From positions 23,573,326 through 23,637,325 of the forward strand of contig JARFYF010000051.1 of assembly GCA_030265395.1 (NCBI GenBank): 64,000 nucleotides of DNA, written 5' to 3'. The translations under genes and the position numbers were made by a program. Positions 11,738 through 25,000 of the stretch are shown here, one piece after another. The stretch is from Rhina ancylostomus. Its lineage: Eukaryota. The stretch's first letter is position 1; each line of letters begins with the position of its first letter. The notes under the pieces were generated by a model. It was not told the origin of the DNA. It was given only the letters and a program-made list of their open reading frames with translations, and ran no database searches.

Positions 11738-11945
11738 GTCAGTCTTATTTGTCCTGTAAATCATCCGGAAAGCAGATGGGTAGATGGGTGGCAAGAGAAT
11801 TGGAGAGAGTTAATGGGCATGTGAGAGAGAATATGTTGCATGGAAATAAGTGGAGTGTAAGAGGAGATGGGAGTGATGAAAATTCTCTGAGATCTGGCAT
11901 AAACTGAATGGACCGGAGGGCCTCCTACTTCATGAAAAGTTATGG
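11738..11945 (+). mobile_element. HE1/V-SINE 3' half
   Basis: GAGTTAATGGGCATGTGAGAGAGAATA...GGGCCTCCT matches 40125-40260 and 25285-25410. Confidence 0.7.
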
Positions 11946-12894
11946 AAACAGCTGCTGGAAGAAAGACAATTGGAACCTCTTTTGTTACTGCATTAGTTTA
12001 CTTTCAATGAATATAATTTTTTAAGTGTGCATGTTTGTTTAGTGTTTCAAATGTAATTTTTAAAGCATTTTTAACTTAAAAAGAACTTGACAGGTCCCAA
12101 GTGTTATTGAATGCTTGTGAAGATCAAAAGTGTTCATAAAGTTTCAATAACATGTATTGGTTTGTAGGCCAGTGAGCCTGAGACCATGGCCTCAAGGGCA
12201 TTCAAAACTGGTGTGTGAGAGCAGTCGACTCTTAGTAGTGAGACAATCCCTAGGCTGTGGTCAGTCACCTCCGAGTGCTGCAACTTGGTTCCCAGTGGAA
12301 AACTGCGCGAGAGCTCCAATGGAACATGAATTTCAGGCCAACAGAAGATCTACTCCTGAAGTAAAAAACATTTTTTACAAAATAGCCAATTAGATATTGC
12401 AAAGATTTATGTTGGCTTTAGACCCTTATTTATCTCCATAACTTTTAAGTAAACATCTTTACAATGAATGTATCCGTTTTCAACTGTCAATACTTCTTCT
12501 GCTCAGAATATGCTTTCTAAAGTTCTGTTAATATTTCTAACTCCACTAGGGTGACGATAAAAAAAACATTGCAAACTTAAGTTCATATAGTTAAACAATT
12601 TGTAGTTTATGATTTTTAAAAGAATTTGGACTTTAAAATTTTCATCCTTGTTTGTTACTCCCTTTTTCTCTAATCTCCTCCATCTCCAGAAGTCCTCTCT
12701 TCATTCCCCCAGTGCCCCAACTCCAACCCACTTCAGTTCTGGCTTCTCTGGATTTAGGTGTTCCACATTCAGCAATTCTGGACTGTAATGAAGGCCCTGA
12801 ACTTGGCCTATAACCTGCTCCTTAGAATCTACCATTATGGCCTACTATCCACAACACCAACAACTTTTGTATCATCCACTTCTGTATGACTTCA

Positions 12895-13405
12895 GCTGGA
12901 GTTCTAGTCATCACACAATTGGAAGCATGTGATAGCACTGGAGAGGGTGCAGAGGAGATCCACCAGGATGTTGTCTAAGGTGAAGCATTTTAGTTATGAG
13001 GAAAGATTGGAGAGGCTCGGTCTGTTTTCTCTGGGGCAAAGGATTAGAGGAATCCAAATTGAGGTGTATAAAATTCTGAGGGGTAGACTGCTGGAACCTT
13101 TTCCCCTTATCAGAGGTGAATAAGACCAGAGGACATAGATTTGGCATAAGGGGCAAGAGATTTAGAGGGGATTTGAAGGGGCTCTCTCTCATCCAGAGAG
13201 TGGTGAATACATGGAATGCCCTGCTGGAGAGAGTGGTGGAAGTGGAATCAACAGCAGTCAAGAGGGGTCTGGGTGAGCACTGAATCACCTCGGCCTTGAA
13301 GCCTATGGGCGAAGAGCTGGAAAATGGGATTAATATAGATGGTGCCTGCTGGTTGACATGTATGTGATGGGAGGAATGGTCTGTTTTCCACATATAAATG
13401 ACTGT
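12895..13405 (+). mobile_element. CR1 3' fragment
   Basis: IALERVQRRSTRML..FSYEERLERLGLFSL; TRGH and WNALL motifs. Confidence 0.9.
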
Positions 13406-14689
13406 TTTGGTCCCCAAGGGGAACCACTTTTTTCCCCAGCAATGCTCTAGTGGCTGAAGTTCCTGAGTCTTTTGATTTGGCCAATTTCGGGCAAATTATG
13501 CAGACTGAAACAACCAAAAATGTTATTGTATCTATTAACAATACATAAGAAATAGTCTGAAGAAGAAAAGCAATGAAGGCAGAGGGATGGAGAGAGAAAG
13601 AGAAAGAGGCAGGTATTGGGGGTTGGAGAGATAGAGAAACTATTTTGTACCGTTAATAATTTACCAACTGCAAGGAAAGAAGCAAGGAGACAGGTGAGGA
13701 AAACAGCTGACGAGTAGCGCAATAGGAAGTAAAAGAAAAAAAAGGCCAAAGTAATAATATTATGAAAATAAAGAGCTAGAAAAAGAAAATAAGCAAGTTG
13801 TATTTATGTGGTACCTTAAATATCGCAAAACATTTAAATTACATTGTCTCTGCATATTCCCATAGCTTAAAAAAAATGCAGGAACAACTGACTGCAAAAT
13901 GCAGAGAAAGATGTCAGTGGGAAGTGAATGTTCAGGAGCTGGGAGCACAGAGCACTTTTGATTTCTTTGCTAATGCAGTTCAAGTCATTTTTATTCGCTT
14001 TGTTTGCCAGGGTTAGATTTTCTAATAAGCAAGAACTTTAATAAGCTCCACTGTAACTAACTGTTGATAAGCATTCTACAATGCACCTCTTCCTGTCCTT
14101 GACTTTGTTTTGGGAGTTAATTATAATGTTAATTGTCACAAAGTAAAAGAAATTTAAATGAGCAGCCCTGTCATATTAACATCTATAGAAAAAGATTGAC
14201 ATGTGTGGAAGATGATATGTGTTTTGAACAAAAAAAAATAAGAGCACTGGTGAAATTAAGTTGCAGCTGCTCACCACACTCAAACGGACATCAAAGTGCA
14301 GGTGGTAATATGCATCCTGACAATTCCATGCCCACCAGTATTGTGCAGCTGGATTCAAATCATAAAAACAAATACCTTTTCTACTATTGTATTTTACTAA
14401 TATATCCAAAGAGTAGATTCAAGATGGCATGGTTGAAATTCAACAGGCCAAATCAATGCTGCTTTAACCATGCACACCAAATGGACATTAGTATAAAATA
14501 CAGTCAGACTGGGGATTTCATTATGAAATGGCTGAGCTGCCAAGCTAAGTGCCATTCCTGTAATGAGGTGCTCTAATTGTCGTCAGGTGTACCAGATGTT
14601 CAAAGTAGCCTCACCTTCAAAAGGGAAAGTGCATATTCACTGCAAACTGTGCAATGGTAACTCAAGAAGATACCCAGACTGACACATTT

Positions 14690-15225
14690 TTTTAGGTGTC
14701 CACACATTTTGTATCATAATCTCCAGTAGAGCAGATCAGTGAAAAGAGAGATGTGCCCTTCCCAACAAAAATGACGAAATTATCCTGTCAAATTGCAAGG
14801 CAGCAGTAAACAGAGGTGACAGAAGTTGTCAGCACCAGAATCTGCACACTGGAAGGAATTTAATGACCTGATTAGGCTTTGCAAGGCAAATCTCCCAACT
14901 TCTATTTCACATAACCTGACTGCAGCTTTAGTATCAGCACCCACCATCCTTCCTTTACTCTGTCCCCAATCAGCTGGTACCACTTATGTTATCTCACCCT
15001 CTGCCTAATTCTATCTCTTTCTACTAATAATACCACCTTCCTCTGCAAATCTTGCACACCATGCAAGTGCTTCTTTCTCATCTGCCACCTTTTACACTCT
15101 AACACCATTCACCTACTTTGACGTGTGCATCCTTCTCACCGCTATCAATCTTCCCTTCATTTTAAGACATAGCGACTGCATAGGGGAGACATCTTGGAGA
15201 ATAAGAATGGTGATAGAGGGTATCC
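14690..15225 (+). mobile_element. Decayed Myb/SANT-like ORF, probably from a PIF/Harbinger transposon
   Basis: Frameshifted blocks VEQISEKRDVPFP / EVTEVVSTR / HWKEFNDLIRLCK resemble Harbinger Myb/SANT motifs (RRDVLFP, EVAxxV, KKFNDL); followed by a pyrimidine-rich intron-like stretch. Confidence 0.45.
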
Positions 15226-15779
15226 ATTAAAGAATGCCAGATTAATTTAAAATTCGTTAAATTCACAATGCATATTTGTTGTTGTTTTTCTATTTGTTAT
15301 TATATAAAGAATAGACTGGTGAGCATTGGAGAGTCAGAGGTCTGGTGAAGTAGTCCGGCTGTTTGTGTGTTGACTTGCAAAGTTTGCACCGGAGGATATC
15401 CCTCAGCAGTTTGTTAGTTTAATCGACCTGGGAACTGGGAACATTGTTCGATCTTTGTCTTTCTCCTCATTTTCTTGCTCTTCCACTTCAACCTTTTGCA
15501 GCAGCTGTAGGATTTACTCTTTCTGAATGGTAGAATCATGTTGCTAGCAGAATACATTACAAACCTATGGATTCACTCAGGGCTTAACTAGAACACTCTT
15601 CCATCCCAGTCCAGACATCAGACCACTATTTACGTAGTAAGATCAGTGTGCACTATCAGTTCCTAACTGGAATTATGAATCAGGTAGAGAAGGGAAATAT
15701 ATTTTTAAAGTGTTATCATTGTTGTAATGTACAAATTGATTAGATTTTTATTTGCATAGCAAATAAAAATTCTGCAGTG

Positions 15780-15945
15780 TTTACATAATCAGTTATCATA
15801 AAGATGGGTAGGAATAAATAATGGTCAGGATTTTGGAATGAATTTTCCTGCTCTTCTTTGAATTAGTGCCATGGAATCTCTGCTTGAGAGGATAGCCAAA
15901 TGGCTGTGGTTTAACGTCCCATTCAGCAGTCCTCACTACAGCGTC
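15780..15945 (-). mobile_element. DeuSINE fragment
   Basis: CCTGCTCTTCTTTGAATTAGTGCCATGGAATCT...GGTTTAACGTC. Confidence 0.65.
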
Positions 15946-16984
15946 TACACTTATAGACGTATTTCATTGCCTGCAAATTGCTTTGCCATGTCCTAAACAG
16001 TAGTAGATCAATATTAGTTCATTCTTTCATGTCTCTGGGTTGTATTAACAGATACAAAATGGGATACATGTCCTCATGCAAGAGAATCTCGCAGTTTCCA
16101 ACATTAACCAGTGGTATTGCATTTGAGAGATTATCCACAGCAGACATGAGAATATCAACACTAACACTCTGATTCATCACGGAAATAGTTTTTTACCCAA
16201 CCTGATAGTATGATGAACTTACCTTACTCTAACGGCTGCTGCTCTGTTGTAGCCATTTCTCAATCAAGTTTGCTGGAAAGTGGAGGTCAATATGTTAGAA
16301 AATGTTAATTGAAGTTGATTTAAAACCAACATCCTTTGTTAAATGTTATCAAATTTTATTTCACAAACACTCTTGTGAAGTGTTTTGAGACAGTTTGCTG
16401 TATAAAATACTATGTAAGTGCAAATTATTCTTTTGGCATTATTGGTTATTTGACTTAATGAACGATGTCCAGAGAACTCCTAAGATGAAGGACAACGCCT
16501 AAAGAGAGGGAAAAATCTCCTCCTATGGAATTGATAAACAATGTCACACAAAGCCTTAGTGGGAAGTGTCTTCCAGAGAGGCTATGGAATGCAGTTTTCA
16601 AAACAAAATATATTTCTTAAACACTGGACAACTATTCCTCATTTGGGACACAGGCAGTCTTTATGTCCATGTTTCCTCCCGTTGTCAGTATTTCTAATGA
16701 TAGTTATTGGCATTATTGGATCATTGTTCACCCAAATAATAAAACTATTTCACCAAAGGTGCTTTTAAATTGCAAACAGTTAAAATAAATTCTAGCAGGC
16801 AGGCAGGGAAAAGAGCACTCTTGTAAGGATAAGCATTCATTTTCTCCTCCCTCTGTAGTACAATTTATAACAATAATGTTAATTCAGTCTGGACAATGGT
16901 TGACTCCAGAGTGCATATATCATGAACTGTAATGAAGTAAATTCACAATCACCACTTCAAACCAATGAACTTCAACTCACTTAC

Positions 16985-17076
16985 TGCTGACATGTTCTTT
17001 GTGTAAACAGGGCTTGATGAACAGTGAAAGCTGAAGTCTCATTACTGGCTACTTTTATCTTCTTTACATCTTTGGA
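16985..17076 (-). CDS. Candidate exon, unknown gene
   Basis: Acceptor gtttgaacctcag and donor gtaagt; one open frame SKDVKKIKVASNETSAFTVHQALFTQRTCQ. Confidence 0.2.
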
Positions 17077-19279
17077 CTGAGGTTCAAACCAAATAGTCAT
17101 CAAATACCATTTTTGGAGAAACACTTCGGACAATAAATTTGGAAAGCTGCCTGTTTATTTCTTGGAAAACATTTTTTTATAAGAAAGAATATGCTTGTCT
17201 ATGAAAGCAAATATGTCCTAATTTTGATTTTATTCTTGGAAAGGAATCAAAATAAAGATTAAAGTTGCTTGGAATTGATCTGGTAGTTTAATGTTCTTGG
17301 TTATCAGTATTTTAAAAGTTCAAGCCAGGATCAATGGAGTTGATTTGCTATCCCTTTTGTACTAATTCTTAGATCTTGGTGGTTGAAGGAGTAATATATT
17401 AAAGCAATAACTAAAAGGAGGAATCATTAAAGAAGTTAACATAGGCATTAATGCATAATGATTTTAAAGAATAAAACACGTGTAAATGAATGAATATGCG
17501 TCAATTGCCTCAACAGCTCTTTGCTGCTTTGTTCTATTTGGTTCTACATTGCTCAATAGACTGTCATTCAGTCCATTTGTCTGTATTCTTTCATTGTGAA
17601 ATATTTCTGAATGTTAATCCCATTCTGTATTCATTGCAATTATGGTTACAGTATACACTTTTAAATTTGTTAAGTTTAGGGAGAGGTTTTGATAAAATCA
17701 AATTTAAATTCATAAGATAAGCCTTCAACATGAACAACCTGAAGGTCCTGGGAAATTTCTTGCATTTGGGATCCCATGTAGTTGTGAAGTAAATCAAGAC
17801 TTCTGTATATATGCATCAACATGCATATGGGGTAAAAGATATATACATTAGTGTTTTATCTTATGCTCATGTATGCTCAAGCTCATACATCACTGTACTA
17901 GAAATATAATAGACAACAGATATCCAGGCTTGAGCAATCATTGATGTTCAGGTGGCAATCAAGCCTGCCTGTTGGCCATCTGTTTGCCAATAATTCCAGG
18001 GAATTCCCACAGCAGCCCCAAAGCCTTGTCAGACATGAGTGCTGTGGAGCCGGAGAGTGGAGGGAAGACCCAGGTCTTCCTCCTGTCTCCTCCCACTACT
18101 TGCCCAGGTCTCTAATTCTGGATCTGGCAAATGTCTCATGAAAGTACAGTCCACTACACAGCTTAGCAACTTTTTACTGCACCAAATTGAAAAAATGATG
18201 CTTAGATCAATGATTTTTAAGGCTACAATAACATCAACCTATGGCAAACAGCTCACACCTGTATCTTGAAATACTTACATCAACAATTATTTCAGCCAAC
18301 TAGCAAAAACTTGCTGAAAAATCCTGAAGAACTTGTGGGTGGAGGCAATGGTGAATTTACACATATAGTCAGACCATGTGGGCAGAAGGGNNNNNNNNNN
18401 ACATGTAATAAAAATTGACTGCTCATTTACACATCCACCACAGTTATGGAGGATGAGCAAGAGCCTTTGATAGCAATTTTAAGACTTCTGTTGTGAAGCC
18501 CTATGGACTTCACCACCACCCCCTCAAAGCCCCAGCACTTATTTGCAATTTTTGTATTTTATACCACTCTTCTCTGCACAATCATTTTGCTTCTCTCACT
18601 CTATTTCCCAAAAGAACTGTCCTCTTGATGAGGTACAGTTCAATAAGCACTAAGCATCTTGCCTTATGGATCTCCAGAGGTCATTNNNNNNNNNNNNNNN
18701 NNNNNNNNNNNNNNNNNNNNNNNNNNNNNNNNNNNNNNNNNNNNNNNNNNNNNNNNNNNNNNNNNNNNNNNNNNNNNNNNNNNNNNNNNNNNNNNNNNNN
18801 NNNNNNNNNNNNNNNNNNNNNNNNNNNNNNNNNNNNNNNNNNNNNNNNNNNNNNNNNNNNNNNNNNNNNNNNNNNNNNNNNNNNNNNNNNNNNNNNNNNN
18901 NNNNNNNNNNNNNNNNNNNNNNNNNNNNNNNNNNNNNNNNNNNNNNNNNNNNNNNNNNNNNNNNNNNNNNNNNNNNNNNNNNNNNNNNNNNNNNNNNNNN
19001 NNNNNNNNNNNNNNNNNNNNNNNNNNNNNNNNNNNNNNNNNNNNNNNNNNNNNNNNNNNNNNNNNNNNNNNNNNNNNNNNNNNNNNNNNNNNNNNNNNNN
19101 NNNNNNNNNNNNNNNNNNNNNNNNNNNNNNNNNNNNNNNNNNNNNNNNNNNNNNNNNNNNNNNNNNNNNNNNNNNNNNNNNNNNNNNNNNNNNNNNNNNN
19201 NNNNNNNNNNNNNNNNNNNNNNNNNNNNNNNNNNNNNNNNNNNNNNNNNNNNGTTGAGGGAGGAGGGGCCTGGGCCTCA

Positions 19280-19445
19280 TTACCAGAAGAGTGGAAAGCC
19301 TCACTGCATTTAAAAATGCCTGGATGAGTGCTTATGACATAAACTGAAGGTCTATATACCAAGAGCTGAGAAGTAGAATGTCTAAATACCTCTTTCCTAG
19401 AGGTTGACTGGCATCCCCTGTGCCATAAATTTCTACAATTTTTAC
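19280..19445 (+). mobile_element. Old CR1 3' tail fragment
   Basis: CACTGCATTTAAAAATGCCTGGATGAG...CCTGTGCCATAAATTTCTA. Confidence 0.5.
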
Positions 19446-19499
19446 CACTTCTTAAAGCACCACCACTGTTGCAGTTTCGGAAATGTGGGAATCAAGTTG

Positions 19500-19700
19500 C
19501 ACATTGCAAGTTTCTAAAAAAAATTAATGTGATAATAATAGTCTGCCTGCAACAGCAAGAAGGCTTCAGTAATGCAGCAGTCTGGAATCCAGAGGTCAAA
19601 GAGCAGAAATGCTGCAAAGAATGAAGGGAATGCAATTGTGTCAGTATTGACAGATGGAACCAAGTAACTTGGAGGACTTCACAAGATCCTCTCCTGCTGT
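19500..19700 (-). mobile_element. Possible Harbinger (HARBI1-like) transposase relic
   Basis: Frameshifted blocks YLVPSVNTDTIAFP / TSGFQTAA / CITEA loosely resemble the N-terminal ALP..FASGSFQ..CIxEV region; very degraded. Confidence 0.25.
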
Positions 19701-19959
19701 AGTTGTATATTGAGGGTGTTATCATTCACTATCCTGGGATTTCTGCTTTTCCAACTGATGCATCCAACGGATGATAGTAACAAGCATGGAGGAAGGACTA
19801 GAATTGTCCATTAATTTGTAACCATGAGGATAATGTCAGCCAGCTGCATTTCCGATGAGAACAGGGGGGTAAGCAGTGGATAGTATGTAACCCAGTTGTA
19901 GGCTAGGCAGCAGCATGCATCACCAAGCCCTTTTACTTCCATTTACAAAACTACCTCAT

Positions 19960-20335
19960 ATATAAAAAATAAAAGCAGGAGTAGGCCATTCAACCCTTCA
20001 ACTTGTTCTACCATTCAATATGATTACGCTGATCATCTACCTCAATACCATATTCCCATTCTGTCCCATAACACTCGATACCTTGAAAATCAAAAAGGTC
20101 CAGATGCCGCAAATCTGAAATAGAAACTGAAAATGGTTGAAACACTCAGCAGTTCAGGCAGGTTGATACCTTTTTGTGTCTTCTTCTTTAAAAAAAAATC
20201 AGAGAATTGATCTCCACAGCCCTCAGTCCTAAATGTCGCCCTGTAGCCTGAGACTATGTCCCTTTGTTCTGGACACCCCAGCCAGGAGAAATGTCTTCCC
20301 CACATCCAATATGTCTCATCCCTGTCAGAATCAAT
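19960..20335 (-). mobile_element. CR1 3' end interrupted by a Penelope end (about 20088-20165)
   Basis: GCAGGAGTAGGCCATTCAACCCTTC tail; CAGATGCCGCAAATCTGAAATAGAAACTGAAAATGGTTGAAACACTCAGCAG PLE end; CCCTTTGTTCTGGACACCCC. Confidence 0.7.
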
Positions 20336-20429
20336 TCAATCCAGGAATCTTGCCTCTCATGGCTGGTGTGCATCCCTGGGGTCTGGTGCACCTTTATTAC
20401 TGTACCCTGATGGAAAGTATATCTTTTCT

Positions 20430-20718
20430 TCAGTAAAGATATCAGCCATGATTGAATGGCAGAGCATCCTTGATGGGTCAAATGGCCTAATTCTGTTTCT
20501 ATATCTGATGGTCTTCTAGTGCCATTGAACACAAATATGCGCAGGGATATCAGAAACAAGAGGGCATAGGTTTAAGGCAAGACAAAGACATTTTAAAGTG
20601 GATCTAAGGAGTAAGTGTTTTACACACAGAATGATTGATATCTGGAACTAGCTGCCAGAGAAGATGGTGGAATTGGATACAATTGATACAATTAAAAGGT
20701 ATTTAGACAGACACTTCT
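20430..20718 (+). mobile_element. Two CR1 3' fragments
   Basis: GATATCAGCCATGATTGAATGGC tail, then AGAGGGCATAGGTTTAAGG...TGGAACTAGCTGCCAGAG. Confidence 0.7.
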
Positions 20719-20719
20719 G

Positions 20720-21460
20720 AAAATTCAAGTATCCCACATCTACTGGTTCTCCATTATTTATCATACTAGAAGTNNNNNNNNNNNNNNNNNNNNNNNNNNN
20801 NNNNNNNNNNNNNNNNNNNNNNNNNNNNNNNNNNNNNNNNNNNNNNNNNNNNNNNNNNNNNNNNNNNNNNNNNTTCTACATTATTTATCATACTAGAAGT
20901 ACACTCAGAAAACCTCAGTATGTTTGTCAAATATGATTTCCCTTTCAGAAATTCAAGTTGTCCTTGTTTAACCCCAATGATTTTTTTTCTCTCTAAATCT
21001 CCTGTTATCTCATCCTTTATAACAGCAGCTGGCATTTTCCCCACCACTCATGATGGGTTAAATGATCCTTATTTTCCTACTTCCCCTCTCCCTCTTATTT
21101 TAAATAGTGGGATTCCATCTGCCATACTCAATCTGCAGGAACTATGCTCCCATCTTTAGAAAATGAAAACCAATACATCCACTATTGCCATGACTGCCTC
21201 CTTTAATACTCTGAGATGGAAATTATTAAGCATTAAGGATTTATCAGCTTTTAGTACTAATAATTTCTCCACCACTATTTTCTTACTAATACTAATTTTC
21301 TTTTGTCCCAATACTTGATTAGCTTCTTGGTTCCACAGCATTTCTAAAAGTTTAACTGTCTCCTTGTGTGAAGAGAGAACCAATGTATTGTATGTAATTT
21401 ATCGTATGTAATTTAGTTGCCATTCCCCACTTCCCCATTATGAATTCCCCCATTTCTGAC
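20720..21460 (-). mobile_element. CR1 RT-region fragment
   Basis: ORFs KLLVLKADKS..FHLRVLKEA and VVGKM..IKDEITGDLE..KGKSYLTNILRF. Confidence 0.85.
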
Positions 21461-22039
21461 CATACCTACTACTGAAACCTATACACAATCACCATAAATG
21501 TCGTTAGAGTCCAATTGCGCCACCATACCCCTGTCTCAGCTAACTCAACACAAACTGGTGACCAATAATAGGACCTGATTTGAGTTCAACATTTTTGAAA
21601 TAAAACAATAAAGAAGTTGTTGGTAGGTTTAAAAATTAATCTCAAGTTATCATATTTTACTTTGAATTCATGGTCATTACAAGAAAAATCAAATATTCCA
21701 TAAACAAAGCCATGGGTTGACAAATGTTGCCAATTGAATCCCCTTAGATGAAACAAATAGTTTTGTAAAATGAATAAGAAAAGAAATCGAACTGTTGGCT
21801 GTGTCAAGAATATCACAGGACTATACAAAATACAAAGGTTCTATGTTCATTCCATACCTGAGACTGGGTTATATGATTTTATCTGAAAAGAAATGCTTGT
21901 GGTGCTAAACCTAATACTTGTTAAAATGTCTTCGCTTATGGACAATAAAGCCAAAACACATGCTGCTGAGCAAACTTTTACATGGTGGTTTCAGGATTTC
22001 CTTTGAATAAGCTCTATGACAAATAACAATCAGCAATAT

Positions 22040-25000
22040 TTTGACCTACATTCGGGTGCCTGGGTTGAAGATATCATTGACCAATTGCAGAAATTTTTGG
22101 AGGGGGGAAAGTGAATAGCCAGAAAGAGCTCAAGAAGCAAGACCCCAAAGCCACAAGCCTATTACTCTTGTTCCAAGTGCTAGTGTAGATATAAATAGAT
22201 CATTGTGACTGGAAAGAGTGCAGGATGGAAGTCCTAGATTCTGGGGCATTGGGACTAATTCTGGGAAGGCATTACACATGCAGCAGGGTTGAGTTTCATC
22301 TCAGGGGAGCTGGGGTGAATGGCCTTGCAGGTATGATTCTTCGGGCTCTGGGAGGAAGTTTAAATTAATTTGGCAAGAATTGGGAACATGAAGTTAGCAC
22401 TGAAAAGCAAAAACAAATGCAGCTAAAAGATTGGGAGAGATAAATAGCACCAGAACAAGAAAATAGAAGCCTTTTGTCAGGATCAGACTAAGAAAAAGTG
22501 CAAGAAAGTCTGTGATCAGATTACAGTGCCTATACGTAGATGCAGGAAATTTATTAAACAAGACGAGCTACTGGCATAATTAACCACTCGGAATTATGAT
22601 GTTGCAGTAATAATAGAGATCTTGCGAAAGGAAAAGAAGGATTGGGTTCTAAATATTCTTGAAGTTGTGGAAAGATGCAGAAGGAAAGAAAGGAAAGGTA
22701 TTGTAGTTGTGATTAAGGAGAATATTGCAGTATTGTTGAGAGAGGTTGCCCTGGAATAATCAAGGACAGGAACTGTCCAGAGTTAAGAAACAATATTGGT
22801 GTGTTTACTCGATTGGGAGTCTATTATGGACTAATGGGAAGGATATTGAAGAGCAAGTTTGAAAGAAACTTTCAGGGATATGCAAAGGCGACAGTGTAGT
22901 GATCATTATCCAAATACAGACTGGGAGAGCAATAACAAAAGGAATAAAGAGGGTGACGAATTTCTAGAGTGTGTTCAGAAGTTTCTGGCTCACTAACTAG
23001 ATAGTTTAGTTGGGCTTGGTTCTGGGACCTAGGCCTGGCCTTGGACCAGTTGTTGGTGGGTGGGATAGAACCAGAAGATAATGATCATAATATCTTAAAC
23101 CTTAGAATAGCTATGGAAAAGGATACCGACCACTCCAAAAGCTAAATTCAATGGAATAAGAATAGATCTGGCCCAGGCAGATAGGAATCAGATTTTGGCA
23201 GACAAAACTATAAAGTATATATAGTATTAAAGGTTTCAGTTCTAGTCTGGGTATATNNNNNNNNNNNNNNNNNNNNNNNNNNNNNNNNNNNNNNNNNNNN
23301 NNNNNNNNNNNNNNNNNNNNNNNNNNNNNNNNNNNNNNNNNNNNNNNNNNNNNNNNNNNNNNNNNNNNNNNNNNNNNNNNNNNNNNNNNNNNNNNNNNNN
23401 NNNNNNNNNNNNNNNNNNNNNNNNNNNNNNNNNNNNNNNNNNNNNNNNNNNNNNNNNNNNNNNNNNNNNNNNNNNNNNNNNNNNNNNNNNNNNNNNNNNN
23501 NNNNNNNNNNNNNNNNNNNNNNNNNNNNNNNNNNNNNNNNNNNNNNNNNNNNNNNNNNNNNNNNNNNNNNNNNNNNNNNNNNNNNNNNNNNNNNNNNNNN
23601 NNNNNNNNNNNNNNNNNNNNNNNNNNNNNNNNNNNNNNNNNNNNCTTTGTAACAGGACCAGGCTTAACATAGAAAATTCAGAGGAAAATTGAAAAAAGAA
23701 AATAGGAGAGGCAACGAGAGAACATGAGAAAAGACTATGAGAAAATATAAAAGGGAATCCAGAAAATATTCTGTCAGAATAAGAACAGGAAAGGAATCAT
23801 GAGAGAAGAGATGGAGCCAATCAGAGACCAAACAGAATCTCCCGTCAGAGAGGCAGAGGGCTTGGCTGAGGTACTGATTGTGTTCTTCACATCAACTTTC
23901 ATCAAGTAACAAGATGCTGCAGCAAAGGAAGCTGTAATTGAGATTCTGGATGAGTTAAAAATGACTGAAGAGGAGGTACTAGAAAGGCGAGCAGTACTTA
24001 AAGTGGATAAATCACCTGGTCCAGATGGGATGCATCCTAGGTTACTGAGGGAAGTAAGGAAGGAAATTGCAGAGACCCAGGCCATCCTCTCCAAGATATC
24101 TCTGGATTCAGAGTTGGGGCCTGTAGACTGCAAAATTAGCAGCCTTACATTTTTGCTCCAAAGAGGGCATAGGGATAAGCACAGTAAGTAGATTCCAATC
24201 AGTTTAACATAAGTTGTGGGGTAAGTTCCAGGTACAATAATTAGGAACAGAACCAGCAATAACTTGCAAAAATGTGGATTAATGTAGAAAGCTAACTTGG
24301 ATTTTTCATGAATTAACAGAGAGGATCATTGAGAGAAAAGTGGCAGATGTGATATATTGGATTTCCAACAGGCCTTTGATATGCTGTCATACAATAGGTT
24401 CATCGTCTAGATTGAAACCCACGAAATAAAAGGTGATATGGTTGCAGGAATAAAAGGGATCAGGTGTGAAAAGTTGTTTAACAGCCTGGCAGGACAAAAC
24501 TATAATGAATGTTTTTCCTAATATATATTGATGTTGTGGACATGACGGTGCAGGGCACAATTTCCAGCCCTGCAGCTGACACATAACTTAGTGGGACAGT
24601 GAACTGTGAGGAGGATATTAATAGGGTCCAAGGAGATATTGACAGGCTGGTGGAAAGCTTGGATCGGCAGCAAGTGAAATTTATGCAGAGAAATGTGAAG
24701 TTCTACATTTTGGAAGAAAGAATAAGAAGAGGTAACATAGGTTAAAGGGCACAATTCTCAAAGGGCTAAAGAATAGTGAGATCAGGGTGTTCATTGAAGC
24801 AGGAGGACAGGTTGACAAAGTGGTTCAAAAGCATACAAGATCCTGAAGCACAAGAGCAAGGAAGTCATGATGAGGCCCTGACTCAGCCACAACTAACATT
24901 TTGTGGCCAGTTCTAGGGAAAAGATTGCAGAAGAAAATTACCAAAATGTTTCCAGTGAGGTAATGCTGAGGCATATGGATAGATTAGGAACGCTGGGGGC

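Noticed and set aside
12168-12360. GC-richer ORF after a possible acceptor
   Set aside because: Weak donor and no homology; the GAATTTCAGGCC end looks more like a DNA-transposon remnant, which I also cannot confirm
18493-19362. Long ORFs in the track containing X runs (also 5949-6302, 23242-23670, 32452-33425)
   Set aside because: Open only because N bases contain no stop codons
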